Positions 35,466-44,113 of a stretch of DNA of 47,658 nt are shown here, piece by piece. How positions within the stretch are numbered: the stretch's first letter is position 1; each line of letters starts with the position of its first letter. The stretch spans positions 1 to 47,658 of the forward strand of contig JAIPIN010000003.1 of the NCBI GenBank assembly GCA_021734665.1. The letters run 5' to 3'. Position numbers and translations under genes: made by a program. The stretch comes from Kiritimatiellales bacterium. GTDB lineage: Bacteria > Patescibacteriota > Gracilibacteria > Peribacterales > Peribacteraceae. The notes beneath the pieces are model-generated. The model was not told the DNA's origin, did no database searches, and worked only from the letters and a program-made list of their open reading frames with translations.

Positions 35466-37823
35466 CACAAGAGCTAGCACTGCCTTATGCTCCTCTTTGG
35501 CCTCCTCCTCTGTAAGGGTTCTGTTCTTAGCCCTATATACACATCTGATTGTTAGATTATATTGGCGAACTTGTCCCGGCTCTGCATATAAATTAGCTAC
35601 TTCTACACTCTCCAATAGATCAGACGTCCTCTTAACTTTATCTACAAACTCACCGGCGCTCTTACCCTGATCAAATGGCAGCGTGACATCGTAAGTCACT
35701 GCAGGGAACTGTGGCACTGCAGATGCAACTGTTGTTACAGGTTCTATAGCAAGTAGCTGATTAAGAGAGATACGAACTGCAGCTGCGCGATTAGGCAGAC
35801 CAAATTGTTCACGCACTTCTGGATGCACTTCGAAAATTAATCCTATTGGATCTTTTCCTACTGTAAGCGCCGCCACTCTGCCCGGATGAGCATACGAAGG
35901 GGCGTTTTTCATAAGTTCAATAGATGAATTGTATCCTGCTTGCTTCAAAGCTCTACCAAGTTTTGATTTGAGCACCAAAAATGGATCATCATTTAATCCT
36001 GTTTCTACCCAGCTACTAATAAGCAATCCCATCTCCATATCATCCTCTTCACCAGATGCAAATACTTGACCCCATTGGAATGTGGATAGTGTCTTATCTG
36101 CATTAAGAATATTTTGCTGCGCATGATCTAAAAGGCCTGGCAATGTGCTTGGTTGCATAATTGATAATTCTTCACCCAACGGATTTTCTATCACGGCTGC
36201 AGAATCTATGTTGATATTGCATTTTTTAAGCAAAGAAGGACCCACCAGCGACAATGGCAATATCTCCATAAAACCCTCTTCTTTAAGTGCATCGCGCAAT
36301 ATATGAATACGCTGATCACGCTCAGGAGGATCTACTTGAGCTGATGGAAGCTGAGGCTCAATGTTATCAAACCCATATATACGTCCAATTTCTTCTATCA
36401 AATCATGCGGACCAGAAATATCTCCTAATCTGAATAGCGGAGGAGTGACCTTGAACCCATTCCCTCTCTTCTTAACATCAAACTCCAAGTTCTCCAGAAT
36501 TTCCTCAACAGTATTTGCAGGAATTTCTACTCCCAACATCTGTGTTACTTTTTCTAGAGGTAAATCGATCGGCTCAGCTTTTCCATTGTCTCCCCAAGAA
36601 TCCATCTTAGAAATTATCTTTGCACCCGGAACCAATTCTAGGAATAGTTCTAGTGCACGATTGAATCCCATCTGCACAATTACATTGGGAACTCCTTTTT
36701 CGTAGATAGTTGCAGCATCCGTTCTATGGCCTGTGGCAATTATGGTTTTGCGAATAGAAACTGGATCTACCCCCGCACTATGCAAATAAACTCTCTTTGT
36801 TCCTTCTTTGGTTGAACTGCGCAATCCTCCCATAATACCAAGTAAATCGAAAATTCCTTCGTCATCACTTAAAACAATTGAATCATTAGGCAGTGAGCGT
36901 TCTGCTTTATCTAAAGTAACAATCTTTTCTCCCTGTTTAGATAACCGCATATGCACATCACCTTTAATATCATCTGCATCAAAACTATGAAGGGGCATTC
37001 CAACTTCCAGCATTACATAATTAGTAATATCGATAGGAAGATTCAGAGACCGTAATCCAACAGATTCCAGACGTCTCTTCATCCAATCCGGAGTTTCGCC
37101 TACGCTATCAATAGATAGTAAACATGCGCAATATCTTGGAATCTGCTCTTCGCAATCGACAATGTTTTTGAATGGGAGAGGATCCTTTGTAAATGAATGA
37201 TCGGCAAACATTGGTCTGTCCTTTCGCCACTTAGCAAGCCCCATGGCTATGCATTCACGAGCAAAACCAAAGTGAGAGAAAAGATCTGCACGATGAGTGA
37301 TCGCATGATTATCTATATCCAATACATCTCCACCACTTCCTAAATATTGTTCTAAAGATTCGCCAACACCATCATCACTATCACCGAGATCAACAATTAA
37401 ATGGCCTGTGCATTCTGGGAATACATCAGCAAGCCCTAGCTCTTCTGCTGCACATATCATTCCAGAACTTTCTTCTCCTCTAATTTTTACTTTCTCTAGA
37501 GTCATCAGCTCTTCCCCATGCCATTTAACCTGTGCTCCAATGTGAGCAAATGCAACCTTCATTCCAACTCTTAGATTTGTGCCTCCGCATACCACACGCT
37601 TGTTGCCTTGATCCGTTTCCACGTCACACAAACTGAGCTTGTCTGCATTTGGATGTTTTTCTACTGTCAGAATTTTTCCAACGCAACACCTACCTAGTTG
37701 CATTTGCTGAGTGCCCATTCCATCTACTTCCGCTGTACAAGCCGTAATTCGCTCAGCAATCTTATTTGAATCTGTTTCTTCCCATTCGAGGAAATCGCCG
37801 AGCCAGTCTAAAGAAATTTTCAT
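35460..37823 (-). CDS. pheT: Phenylalanine-tRNA ligase beta subunit
   Basis: MKISLDWL, HPNADKL, GMICA..ELG, R.D..S..G.ARE, DITNYVMLE.G.PLHSFD, DLIEEI.RIYG, FP....D, RTLT.EE. Confidence 0.96.
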   Translation of the reverse strand: MKISLDWLGDFLEWEETDSNKIAERITACTAEVDGMGTQQMQLGRCCVGKILTVEKHPNADKLSLCDVETDQGNKRVVCGGTNLRVGMKVAFAHIGAQVKWHGEELMTLEKVKIRGEESSGMICAAEELGLADVFPECTGHLIVDLGDSDDGVGESLEQYLGSGGDVLDIDNHAITHRADLFSHFGFARECIAMGLAKWRKDRPMFADHSFTKDPLPFKNIVDCEEQIPRYCACLLSIDSVGETPDWMKRRLESVGLRSLNLPIDITNYVMLEVGMPLHSFDADDIKGDVHMRLSKQGEKIVTLDKAERSLPNDSIVLSDDEGIFDLLGIMGGLRSSTKEGTKRVYLHSAGVDPVSIRKTIIATGHRTDAATIYEKGVPNVIVQMGFNRALELFLELVPGAKIISKMDSWGDNGKAEPIDLPLEKVTQMLGVEIPANTVEEILENLEFDVKKRGNGFKVTPPLFRLGDISGPHDLIEEIGRIYGFDNIEPQLPSAQVDPPERDQRIHILRDALKEEGFMEILPLSLVGPSLLKKCNINIDSAAVIENPLGEELSIMQPSTLPGLLDHAQQNILNADKTLSTFQWGQVFASGEEDDMEMGLLISSWVETGLNDDPFLVLKSKLGRALKQAGYNSSIELMKNAPSYAHPGRVAALTVGKDPIGLIFEVHPEVREQFGLPNRAAAVRISLNQLLAIEPVTTVASAVPQFPAVTYDVTLPFDQGKSAGEFVDKVKRTSDLLESVEVANLYAEPGQVRQYNLTIRCVYRAKNRTLTEEEAKEEHKAVLALVG

Positions 37824-37840
37824 ATGAAAGAAGCATACAC

Positions 37841-37931
37841 GAATAGAAATGAAGAATGAAAAATGAATAATGAAGAATTACATCAAAATCATCACTTTAT
37901 TTTCCATTTTTCATTATTCACTATTCATTTT
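37841..37931. repeat. Inverted pair of 7-mer arrays (AATGAAN / NTTCATT)
   Basis: aaatgaagaatgaaaaatgaataatgaagaatt ... catttttcattattcactattcatttt. Confidence 0.85.
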
Positions 37932-37981
37932 ATGGCATATTGTGCGAATTGGCATAAACGAGTACGCTTATAAGCAATCCT

Positions 37982-38233
37982 ATGCCTTTCCCCTTCTCTA
38001 TTATGGCCAAATCTAACAATTCTGGAATGCTACAAACTTTACAGTGGGTCGTCTCGGTTCTCATGTTCCTAGCAATGCTCGCAGCTATTGCTGGTGTTTA
38101 TGAAACTCACTTCATAGGTAGCGGTGCCACCTTTGGAACAACGGGAGCTTCCCTTTCGCTACTTACATTCGCAATTACAGCACACCTATGGATCAGATCG
38201 TTAGCGTGTTGCTTAGGAATGTGTCAGAAGTAA
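37982..38233 (+). CDS. Hypothetical small membrane protein (2 TM, Cys-rich C-terminus)
   Basis: Two hydrophobic helices. The start may be 38003. Confidence 0.65.
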   Translation: MPFPFSIMAKSNNSGMLQTLQWVVSVLMFLAMLAAIAGVYETHFIGSGATFGTTGASLSLLTFAITAHLWIRSLACCLGMCQK

Positions 38234-38300
38234 TTGGCTTTGCCAAAAATTATCGATAATCCTCTTTGCTGAAAAGCGGTCTGCAAGTACATTTGTCTGT

Positions 38301-38390
38301 GGAGAGATCGCATAGTGGCCTAGTGCGCTCGCTTGGAAAGCGAGTAGACCTGCAAGGGTCTCGGGGGTTCGAATCCCCCTCTCTCCGCCA
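38301..38390 (+). tRNA. tRNA-Ser(GGA)
   Basis: GGAGAGA/TCTCTCC acceptor stem, CTCGC-TTGGAAA-GCGAG anticodon arm, long variable arm, GGTTCGAATCC, CCA. Confidence 0.97.
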
Positions 38391-38432
38391 TTCTGCGTGC
38401 CGCTAAAGCGGTATCTTCTGATGTCAGGCCAT

Positions 38433-39386
38433 TTAAAGAACCAAATTAAACCCATATCCAATTAGCATAATCCCAACTGTAACCACTACAAAGAATGCAA
38501 GGAGGAGTTTTAACTTCATCACTTTCTTTAAAATCAATGCTTCAGGAAGCGAAAGCCCAACAACTGCCATCATAAAAGCCAAAGCAGTTCCAAGTGGAAT
38601 GCCTTTATCTACAAGAGACTCGATTATAGGAATTACGCCACTCGCGTTAGCATAAAGTGGAACTGCCAATATTACTGCAGCAGGTACTGCAAACAGGTTA
38701 TCTTTTTGAATATATTGCTCAAAGAACCCTTCTGGAACATACCCGTGAATCAATGCGCCAACCATTACACCTACCAAAACAAACGGTGCCACCTGTTTAA
38801 CAATACCCATTGCTTCTTTAGATAACATCAAACAAATACTCCCAGCCGAAGCCTTGGCTGAATTTTGTTTGCATTTACAAGCAGGCTTTTGCACAAACTC
38901 TGCGACATGTTTCTCCAAATGCATCCTGCCCAAAATCATTCCGCCTATCATTCCCACGGCAATTCCTGCTGCAACATAAAGCATTGTAACTTTCCACCCA
39001 AACATCGTAATGAACAAAGCAACTGCCACCTCGTTTATTAATGGAGAAGTAATAAGGAAAGACAAAGTGACTCCTAGTGGAATCCCTGCTTCTACAAATC
39101 CAATGAATAGTGGAATAGAGGAACAAGAACAAAAAGGAGTTGCAGCTCCAAAGAGAGTTGCCAGAAAATAATCAGCCCCATAGAACTTATGCGAAGTAAG
39201 GAACTTTCTCATCTTTTCTATAGGCAAGTAGTACCTAAGCACACTCATAAAATGAGTGATGACTACAAGCAATAGAAGTATCTTTATGGAGTCATACAAA
39301 AAGAAATGTATAACGGCAGCCTGAGCTGTATCTGGCTCTATTTTGAGCACAGTGAATGTAAGAAAATCAGCGAGTTGAGTGAGCAT
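38433..39386 (-). CDS. ArsP/DUF318-family permease
   Basis: TPFCSCSSIP, SPLINE, PLY, GLSLPE. Start at 39386 or 39407. Confidence 0.9.
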   Translation of the reverse strand: MLTQLADFLTFTVLKIEPDTAQAAVIHFFLYDSIKILLLLVVITHFMSVLRYYLPIEKMRKFLTSHKFYGADYFLATLFGAATPFCSCSSIPLFIGFVEAGIPLGVTLSFLITSPLINEVAVALFITMFGWKVTMLYVAAGIAVGMIGGMILGRMHLEKHVAEFVQKPACKCKQNSAKASAGSICLMLSKEAMGIVKQVAPFVLVGVMVGALIHGYVPEGFFEQYIQKDNLFAVPAAVILAVPLYANASGVIPIIESLVDKGIPLGTALAFMMAVVGLSLPEALILKKVMKLKLLLAFFVVVTVGIMLIGYGFNLVL

Positions 39387-39407
39387 AGTCAGACAATAAG
39401 CTAGCAC

Positions 39408-39459
39408 ATTATTCTAATCACTATTCACTATTCACTATTCACTTTTAACTTTTCACTTT
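39408..39459. repeat. Single-arm 7-mer array (CACT[A/T]TT)n
   Basis: cactattcactattcactattcacttttaacttttcacttt. Confidence 0.85.
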
Positions 39460-39460
39460 C

Positions 39461-40411
39461 TTATAACCTTCCTCCCCTTGCCCTGGGTTCACAAAACTCC
39501 AATCCCAGCTTCTTATAAATATCTTCTTCTGTTTTACTCGCAAGCAAGGCATCCCCATCAAAAAGACCATATTCATTTAGCTTCCACCCTTTTTTAATCG
39601 CTACCTTTCGCATTGCGATGTTATGCTCCTTGGATCCTGTGAAGTATAGAAGTGCAGAACCCCACTGATCTTTTTTTACAAAGCGAACATCAACTCTTAG
39701 TCCTGACTTTAGATCGAATGAAAGTTTTCGTTCTCCATGTGCAACTACATCCCGAACAATACTTAAACTCGCGATAGCATCCGATACTTCTTTGGGCGAC
39801 TTAGTGACTACGAGGATATCTATATCACCAACTGTTTCTTTTTCACGACGATACGATCCCGCCACCGAACATTGATCTACACCTTTCACACTTTGGATCT
39901 TCTTGAGAAGCTTATCCACATCAACCTTGATCTCATCACGTGGAAAACGCTTTACTCTCTCGCCGACACGTTTCGCACTTTCCAAAACTTTCTGCTCCAT
40001 AAGCTCGGAGAAACGAGGAAGTGTGCGCAGCTTACCCTCTTCCGCAGCCTTGATAAGATCTGCGACGGTTTTTACGCCAAAAGTTGATTGGATCTGACGC
40101 ACGCGTTTAGGACCCAAGTTCTCTATGTCCATAAGCTCTGCAGGAATTCCTCCTTGCTCAAGTCGTAAATTATCAAGCGCAGTCATCTTTCCAGTTTCTA
40201 AGTACTCAATTATTTTGTGAGCAATTGCATCACCAATACCAGGGAGCTTTTTAAGTTCCTTTGTGTCTCCGTAGGTAGAAACATCTCGTGGCAATTCTTC
40301 TATCACCTGCGCTGCTCGCCTATAAGCCGCAGGTTTAAAAGCGACCTCCTGCTCTTGGAGCAGAGCAGCGATCTGACGTAATAAACCGGAAATAACTTTA
40401 TTATTCTCCAT
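39461..40411 (-). CDS. polX: DNA polymerase X family protein lacking the PHP domain
   Basis: AYRRAA, LPGIG (HhH), GSYRR.KETVGDIDIL, VDVR, YFTGSKEHN, LNEYGL. Ends right after the polymerase domain. Start at ATG 40411. Confidence 0.9.
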   Translation of the reverse strand: MENNKVISGLLRQIAALLQEQEVAFKPAAYRRAAQVIEELPRDVSTYGDTKELKKLPGIGDAIAHKIIEYLETGKMTALDNLRLEQGGIPAELMDIENLGPKRVRQIQSTFGVKTVADLIKAAEEGKLRTLPRFSELMEQKVLESAKRVGERVKRFPRDEIKVDVDKLLKKIQSVKGVDQCSVAGSYRREKETVGDIDILVVTKSPKEVSDAIASLSIVRDVVAHGERKLSFDLKSGLRVDVRFVKKDQWGSALLYFTGSKEHNIAMRKVAIKKGWKLNEYGLFDGDALLASKTEEDIYKKLGLEFCEPRARGGRL

Positions 40412-40523
40412 AAATTGAAGAGCGAAGACATTGTACCTCTTTTTATCTCTTCCACTAACTCCATCATAGAAAACACCCCCCCCCAAAGGTGCCCCACAGG
40501 GTATAACCCCCTCTCCGAATAGA

Positions 40524-40644
40524 CCTCCACCCCTAACCCCTCCTCCACAGGAGGAGGGGAACGCCGCTTAAAGAGAAACACATTTATTATCATAATAACA
40601 AAGCTCCCCTTCCTCCCCCGGAGGAAGGGGTCGGGGGATGGAGG
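40524..40644. repeat. Inverted pair of C-rich REP-like palindromes (CCTCCA-CCCC..ACCCCT-hairpin-AGGGGA)
   Basis: 40524-40560 and the reverse complement of 40605-40644 share the same architecture. Degenerate fragments at 40473-40516. Confidence 0.85.
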
Positions 40645-40683
40645 AATTTTATGACCAATGAGCTGCCCTCTTTGAAAGATGAG

Positions 40684-40739
40684 CCCGGCCCCCGCGCGTA
40701 CGCGAGGACCGGGTAAAGAGTTCGACCCCCTAAGGGGTC
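40684..40739 (-). terminator. Two GC-rich hairpins downstream of a small minus-strand ORF
   Basis: GACCCC-ctaa-GGGGTC (40724-40739) and CCCGG...CCGGG (40684-40713), each followed by a short T-rich run on the minus strand. Confidence 0.5.
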
Positions 40740-40841
40740 TTAGGAGGGTACACGCGGTCGCCGGCGCACAGTGCGTGGCGGTGCCTTCGGCCTCGAAGGT
40801 CCCCGAGTTGTTTTACGCCGGTTGAGACTGCGTCTCTTCAT
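40740..40841 (-). CDS. Candidate 33-aa Arg/Pro-rich peptide
   Basis: GGAGGG-N6-ATG, MKRRSLNRRKTTRGPSRPKAPPRTVRRRPRVPS, followed by hairpins. No family recognised. Confidence 0.4.
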   Translation of the reverse strand: MKRRSLNRRKTTRGPSRPKAPPRTVRRRPRVPS

Positions 40842-40971
40842 TAGAAGCCCTCCGAAAAAAAACAAGTGCCACTTCGGGCTACAACCATGTAGTCCATCCA
40901 AAAGCAGCTCATTAATCACAAGATGTAAAAGATCAAATAACAAGAAATCCACTTCCTAAATTTTAAGGGAT

Positions 40972-41005
40972 GACCAAGGAACGAGACGAAGCTCGTTCCT
41001 TGGTC
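40972..41005. terminator. Perfect 14-bp hairpin between two small ORFs
   Basis: GACCAAGGAACGAG-acgaag-CTCGTTCCTTGGTC. No strong U-tract. Confidence 0.5.
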
Positions 41006-41036
41006 GGTTGCGCCGCGCTGGGTCGACGCGGAAGAA

Positions 41037-41243
41037 TTAGGCGCCCACTAGGGCGCCGATCACTTCTTCTTCGGAGGCCTCTTCGTCAAACGGCTGCTTC
41101 TCCGGATAGCCGCCGATCAGATGACATTGAAATCGCTCCATGTCCTCAAGATCGGAGCTGCAACCAGCAGCACGGCTTGGGCAGTTCCTAGGACAACTTA
41201 CAGATGAAGTCGTCCAACCCATTTTTGGTCCAAGAATGACCAT
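41037..41243 (-). CDS. Candidate 68-aa protein with four Cys and an acidic C-terminus
   Basis: GGAGG-N7-ATG at 41243, CPRNC......C...CH. No family recognised. Confidence 0.5.
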   Translation of the reverse strand: MVILGPKMGWTTSSVSCPRNCPSRAAGCSSDLEDMERFQCHLIGGYPEKQPFDEEASEEEVIGALVGA

Positions 41244-41496
41244 GACAGAACCTCCGAGGGGGTCACAAACCGACATTCTTTATGTTGGCCATTCCATCGG
41301 GCCAATAAATCCTCATAAAGAAGCGGGTTTCTCGTTATTTAAACGATGCTTTCAAAGACCAAAAACCCTAGTCTAGTAGGGTCAACTTGGGAAATACCTA
41401 TTCAATTAGCACACTTTTCCCAGACCCCTATCCGTTGGCTTACGGAAGCAGAGAACTGCCGGATAAATAAACCACGTGTGCATCATAACAAGCGTT

Positions 41497-41525
41497 AATC
41501 TACGCTTGTTTATAGTATCCGTCAA
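41497..41525 (-). promoter_or_regulatory. Sigma70-type promoter overlapped by a 9-bp inverted repeat
   Basis: TTGACG-N17-TAGATT on the minus strand. AACAAGCGT-N6-ACGCTTGTT at 41487-41510. Confidence 0.6.
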
Positions 41526-41576
41526 GGTTGATGTACCGCTTCAGCAAGACAAAAAGTCGATGATTATATGCCCTCC

Positions 41577-42827
41577 TTATGTCCCCTCCTGCCACTGCCC
41601 CAGATATGCCACTTGTTCGGGCGTTAACGTATCTATAGATAGCCCCATTGCCTGCAATTGCAGCAGAGAAATCTGATCGTCTACTTCGTCTGGAAGTGTG
41701 ATCACATCTACAGGAAGATTCCCTCTGTTCTTGGCTAGGTACTCACATGCCAATGCCTGACCACAGAAGCTCAAGCTCATAACTTCCGAAGGATGCCCTT
41801 CTGCCGAAGACAAGTTAACAAGCCTTCCTTCGCCTGCAATGTATATGACCTTGCCAGACTTTAGCATGTACTCATCTAAGTAATGACGCACGCGACGCTT
41901 GCGCTTGGCTTCAGATTCCAACGACTTCATATCAATCTCGTTATCAAAGTGACCGGAGTTACAAATTACCACTCCATCTTTCATCTTATCTATGTGCTCC
42001 ATTCGGATAACATGCAAATCACCGGTTACAGTGATGAATATATCACCCAAAGATGCAGCTTCTGTCATTGGCAATACTCTGTGACCATCCATTGCTGCCT
42101 GCAACGCTGCAAAGTTGTCTACTTCTGTAACAACCACTTGTGCACCAAGACCCTTTGCACGCATTGCGCATCCTTTTCCGCAACTTCCGTATCCTGCAAC
42201 CACTACTGTTTTACCTGCAATAAGAATATTTGTAGAACGAAGTATTCCATCAAATGTAGATTGTCCTGTTCCATAGTAGTTATCCATCAAATGCTTTGTC
42301 TTGTTGTCATTAACAGCAATCATTGGATACCTAAGAGCTCCATCTTTGATCATTGCATGCAAACGAATGATTCCTGTGGTTGTTTCCTCACATCCTCCAA
42401 TAATATTTTCCATTAGTTCTGGATGCTTGGTGTGAATTTCGGTAACCAAATCACATCCATCATCAATGGTAATGTTTGGCTCGGTTTCTATTACTGCTGT
42501 TAGAAACTTGTAGTAATCCTCGTCACTCTCTCCCTTATATGCCCACACCAATACATCCTCTTCTGCGAGAGCAGCGGCAATATCATCTTGAGTACTTAAA
42601 GGATTGCATCCAGTAATCGCAACCTTTGCTCCACCTGCTTTAAGTGTTCTTACAAGTACTCCGGTTTCTTTGGTTACATGAAGTGCCATTCCAATTGTTA
42701 GTCCTTTTAGAGGCTTCTCTTTTTCGAATCGCTCTTTAACTTTCATTAATGCTTCCATGCGTTTTTCGGCGATCTCTAGATTGAGTCGCCCTTGTTCGGC
42801 CAGTGATGGATCTTTTATGTAAGACAT
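41577..42827 (-). CDS. ahcY: Adenosylhomocysteinase
   Basis: CNPLSTQD, DDGCD, EETTTG, K.L.DN.YG, GYG.CGKG, GRLVNL...GHP. Start at ATG 42827. Confidence 0.96.
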   Translation of the reverse strand: MSYIKDPSLAEQGRLNLEIAEKRMEALMKVKERFEKEKPLKGLTIGMALHVTKETGVLVRTLKAGGAKVAITGCNPLSTQDDIAAALAEEDVLVWAYKGESDEDYYKFLTAVIETEPNITIDDGCDLVTEIHTKHPELMENIIGGCEETTTGIIRLHAMIKDGALRYPMIAVNDNKTKHLMDNYYGTGQSTFDGILRSTNILIAGKTVVVAGYGSCGKGCAMRAKGLGAQVVVTEVDNFAALQAAMDGHRVLPMTEAASLGDIFITVTGDLHVIRMEHIDKMKDGVVICNSGHFDNEIDMKSLESEAKRKRRVRHYLDEYMLKSGKVIYIAGEGRLVNLSSAEGHPSEVMSLSFCGQALACEYLAKNRGNLPVDVITLPDEVDDQISLLQLQAMGLSIDTLTPEQVAYLGQWQEGT

Positions 42828-42907
42828 TGGGAGAAATAGTAGCATTCTAATGCTAAAAAGGAACCAATATATCTATCAATTTAAATAGTATTAGAAGGCT
42901 TCGCATC

Positions 42908-42997
42908 CATCCTTCGATACACCCCGCCGTGTCATACTGAATAGCTCTGGCTTGCCGGAGCGTATCGAAGTACGACCGGCGGGGCACTCAGGATGAC
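42908..42997. repeat. Nested REP-like palindrome (GTCAT-NN-TGA...TCGAA-NN family)
   Basis: Outer copy at 42908-42929 plus 42977-42997. Inner copy in opposite orientation at 42931-42976. Confidence 0.85.
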
Positions 42998-43013
42998 ATG
43001 TTGATTATTAGTC

Positions 43014-43967
43014 CTATCCAATTGCAGGCAACTCGGTTTTATAAGCCTGCTCTACCCTCACCTTAACCTCATCAATATCAATTGCGGGCAAAAGTGTTCC
43101 TTCACTTTCTACAGCCAACGATCCCATTGCTGCTCCTAATTTGCATGCATCTATCACTTCCCATCCTGCGACGAATCCTTTAAGTAAGCCTGCGCGGAAA
43201 GCATCACCTGCCCCTGTAGGGTTAACAACATTTACAGATTTGCACGCATTCATTTTCTGCTCACCGTTTTCATCAATCACAATAAGGCCTTTGTCACCAA
43301 GCGTGACTATTACTAATGGAACTAGTTCCAAAATACTTTTTTCATCACAGGATAATTTCTTTTTAACCAAATCCCACTCGTATTGATTTGCGATAAGAAC
43401 TGATCCCATCCGCACTAATCTATCTAGTGCATCTTCTCCAAATGCAATGATCTGCTGACCCGGATCGAAGATTACAGGAACCGAAAACTTATCACACCAC
43501 TCCATTCCACTAACCATCGCATTGGTGTCACGCGGACTAACAATTGCGTATGCAAAATCATCACGATCTTGCGAGAGATCTGGCCACGTGCCATGTGAAT
43601 CTGCTCCTGGATGAAAGAATGTGATCTGCCTTTCTTTACTATCCGTTCCCACAATCGCAGTGGCAGTCACTTTGTCCTCTATTATTTCTATACGGCTAGT
43701 ATCAATTCCCCTCTCATCTAATACCGAGGTATATTCACGACCGTCTTTTCCAACAGAACTAACAAGCAATGGATCTTCACCAAGCAACTTAAGGCTCCAT
43801 GCAATGTTTGCGCCTGTTCCTCCGTGATGCCGTGCGTAATGCGGAGAGAAGAAGGAAAGCGACAAACTGTCGATTGCCGCTGGATCGATAGCATCAGCAA
43901 AGGAGCCGTCATATCCAAGCATGACGTCGTAAGCTACGGAGCCAGTGACTAGAATCTTCTTATTCAT
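43014..43967 (-). CDS. PfkB-family kinase, bacterial adenosine kinase type
   Basis: VTGS.A.D, SLSF, GG.GANIA, FDPGQQ, N.YE, VTLG.KG, PTGAGDAFRAG. Directly upstream of ahcY. Confidence 0.85.
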   Translation of the reverse strand: MNKKILVTGSVAYDVMLGYDGSFADAIDPAAIDSLSLSFFSPHYARHHGGTGANIAWSLKLLGEDPLLVSSVGKDGREYTSVLDERGIDTSRIEIIEDKVTATAIVGTDSKERQITFFHPGADSHGTWPDLSQDRDDFAYAIVSPRDTNAMVSGMEWCDKFSVPVIFDPGQQIIAFGEDALDRLVRMGSVLIANQYEWDLVKKKLSCDEKSILELVPLVIVTLGDKGLIVIDENGEQKMNACKSVNVVNPTGAGDAFRAGLLKGFVAGWEVIDACKLGAAMGSLAVESEGTLLPAIDIDEVKVRVEQAYKTELPAIG

Positions 43968-44011
43968 GAACAAAGGATCGCATAATTTGAGTAGTATTAC
44001 TAGATCTGAAA

Positions 44012-44065
44012 AGCTTGTAGCTTGTAGCTAGTAGAATCATGTCTACAAGCTACTAGCTACAAGCT
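44012..44065. repeat. Inverted pair of 7-mer arrays (TAGCTTG / CAAGCTA)
   Basis: 23-nt arms with 2 mismatches, between divergent genes. Confidence 0.9.
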
Positions 44066-44113
44066 CATGTTTTTTCATGCAAATAATGCAAGATCCGCTA
44101 GAATCCTTACACT

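Noticed and set aside
35333-35515. Short ORFs made of repeats (also 22617-22805, 13020-13277, 13087-13401, 24570-24794)
   Set aside because: Low-complexity translations of the tandem arrays or antisense to real genes, with no independent coding evidence.
40740-40952. 70-aa version of the small ORF and plus-strand ORFs 40771, 40970 and 41140
   Set aside because: The SD and hairpin layout supports the shorter minus-strand starts at 40841 and 41243. The others lack initiation signals.
38301-41525. Integrated island or prophage at tRNA-Ser
   Set aside because: No integrase, and I found no duplicated tRNA 3' end (att site) downstream.
42830-43010. SAH or SAM riboswitch upstream of ahcY
   Set aside because: The structure is explained by the nested palindromic repeat that recurs at 46465, and ahcY appears to have its own near-leaderless promoter.
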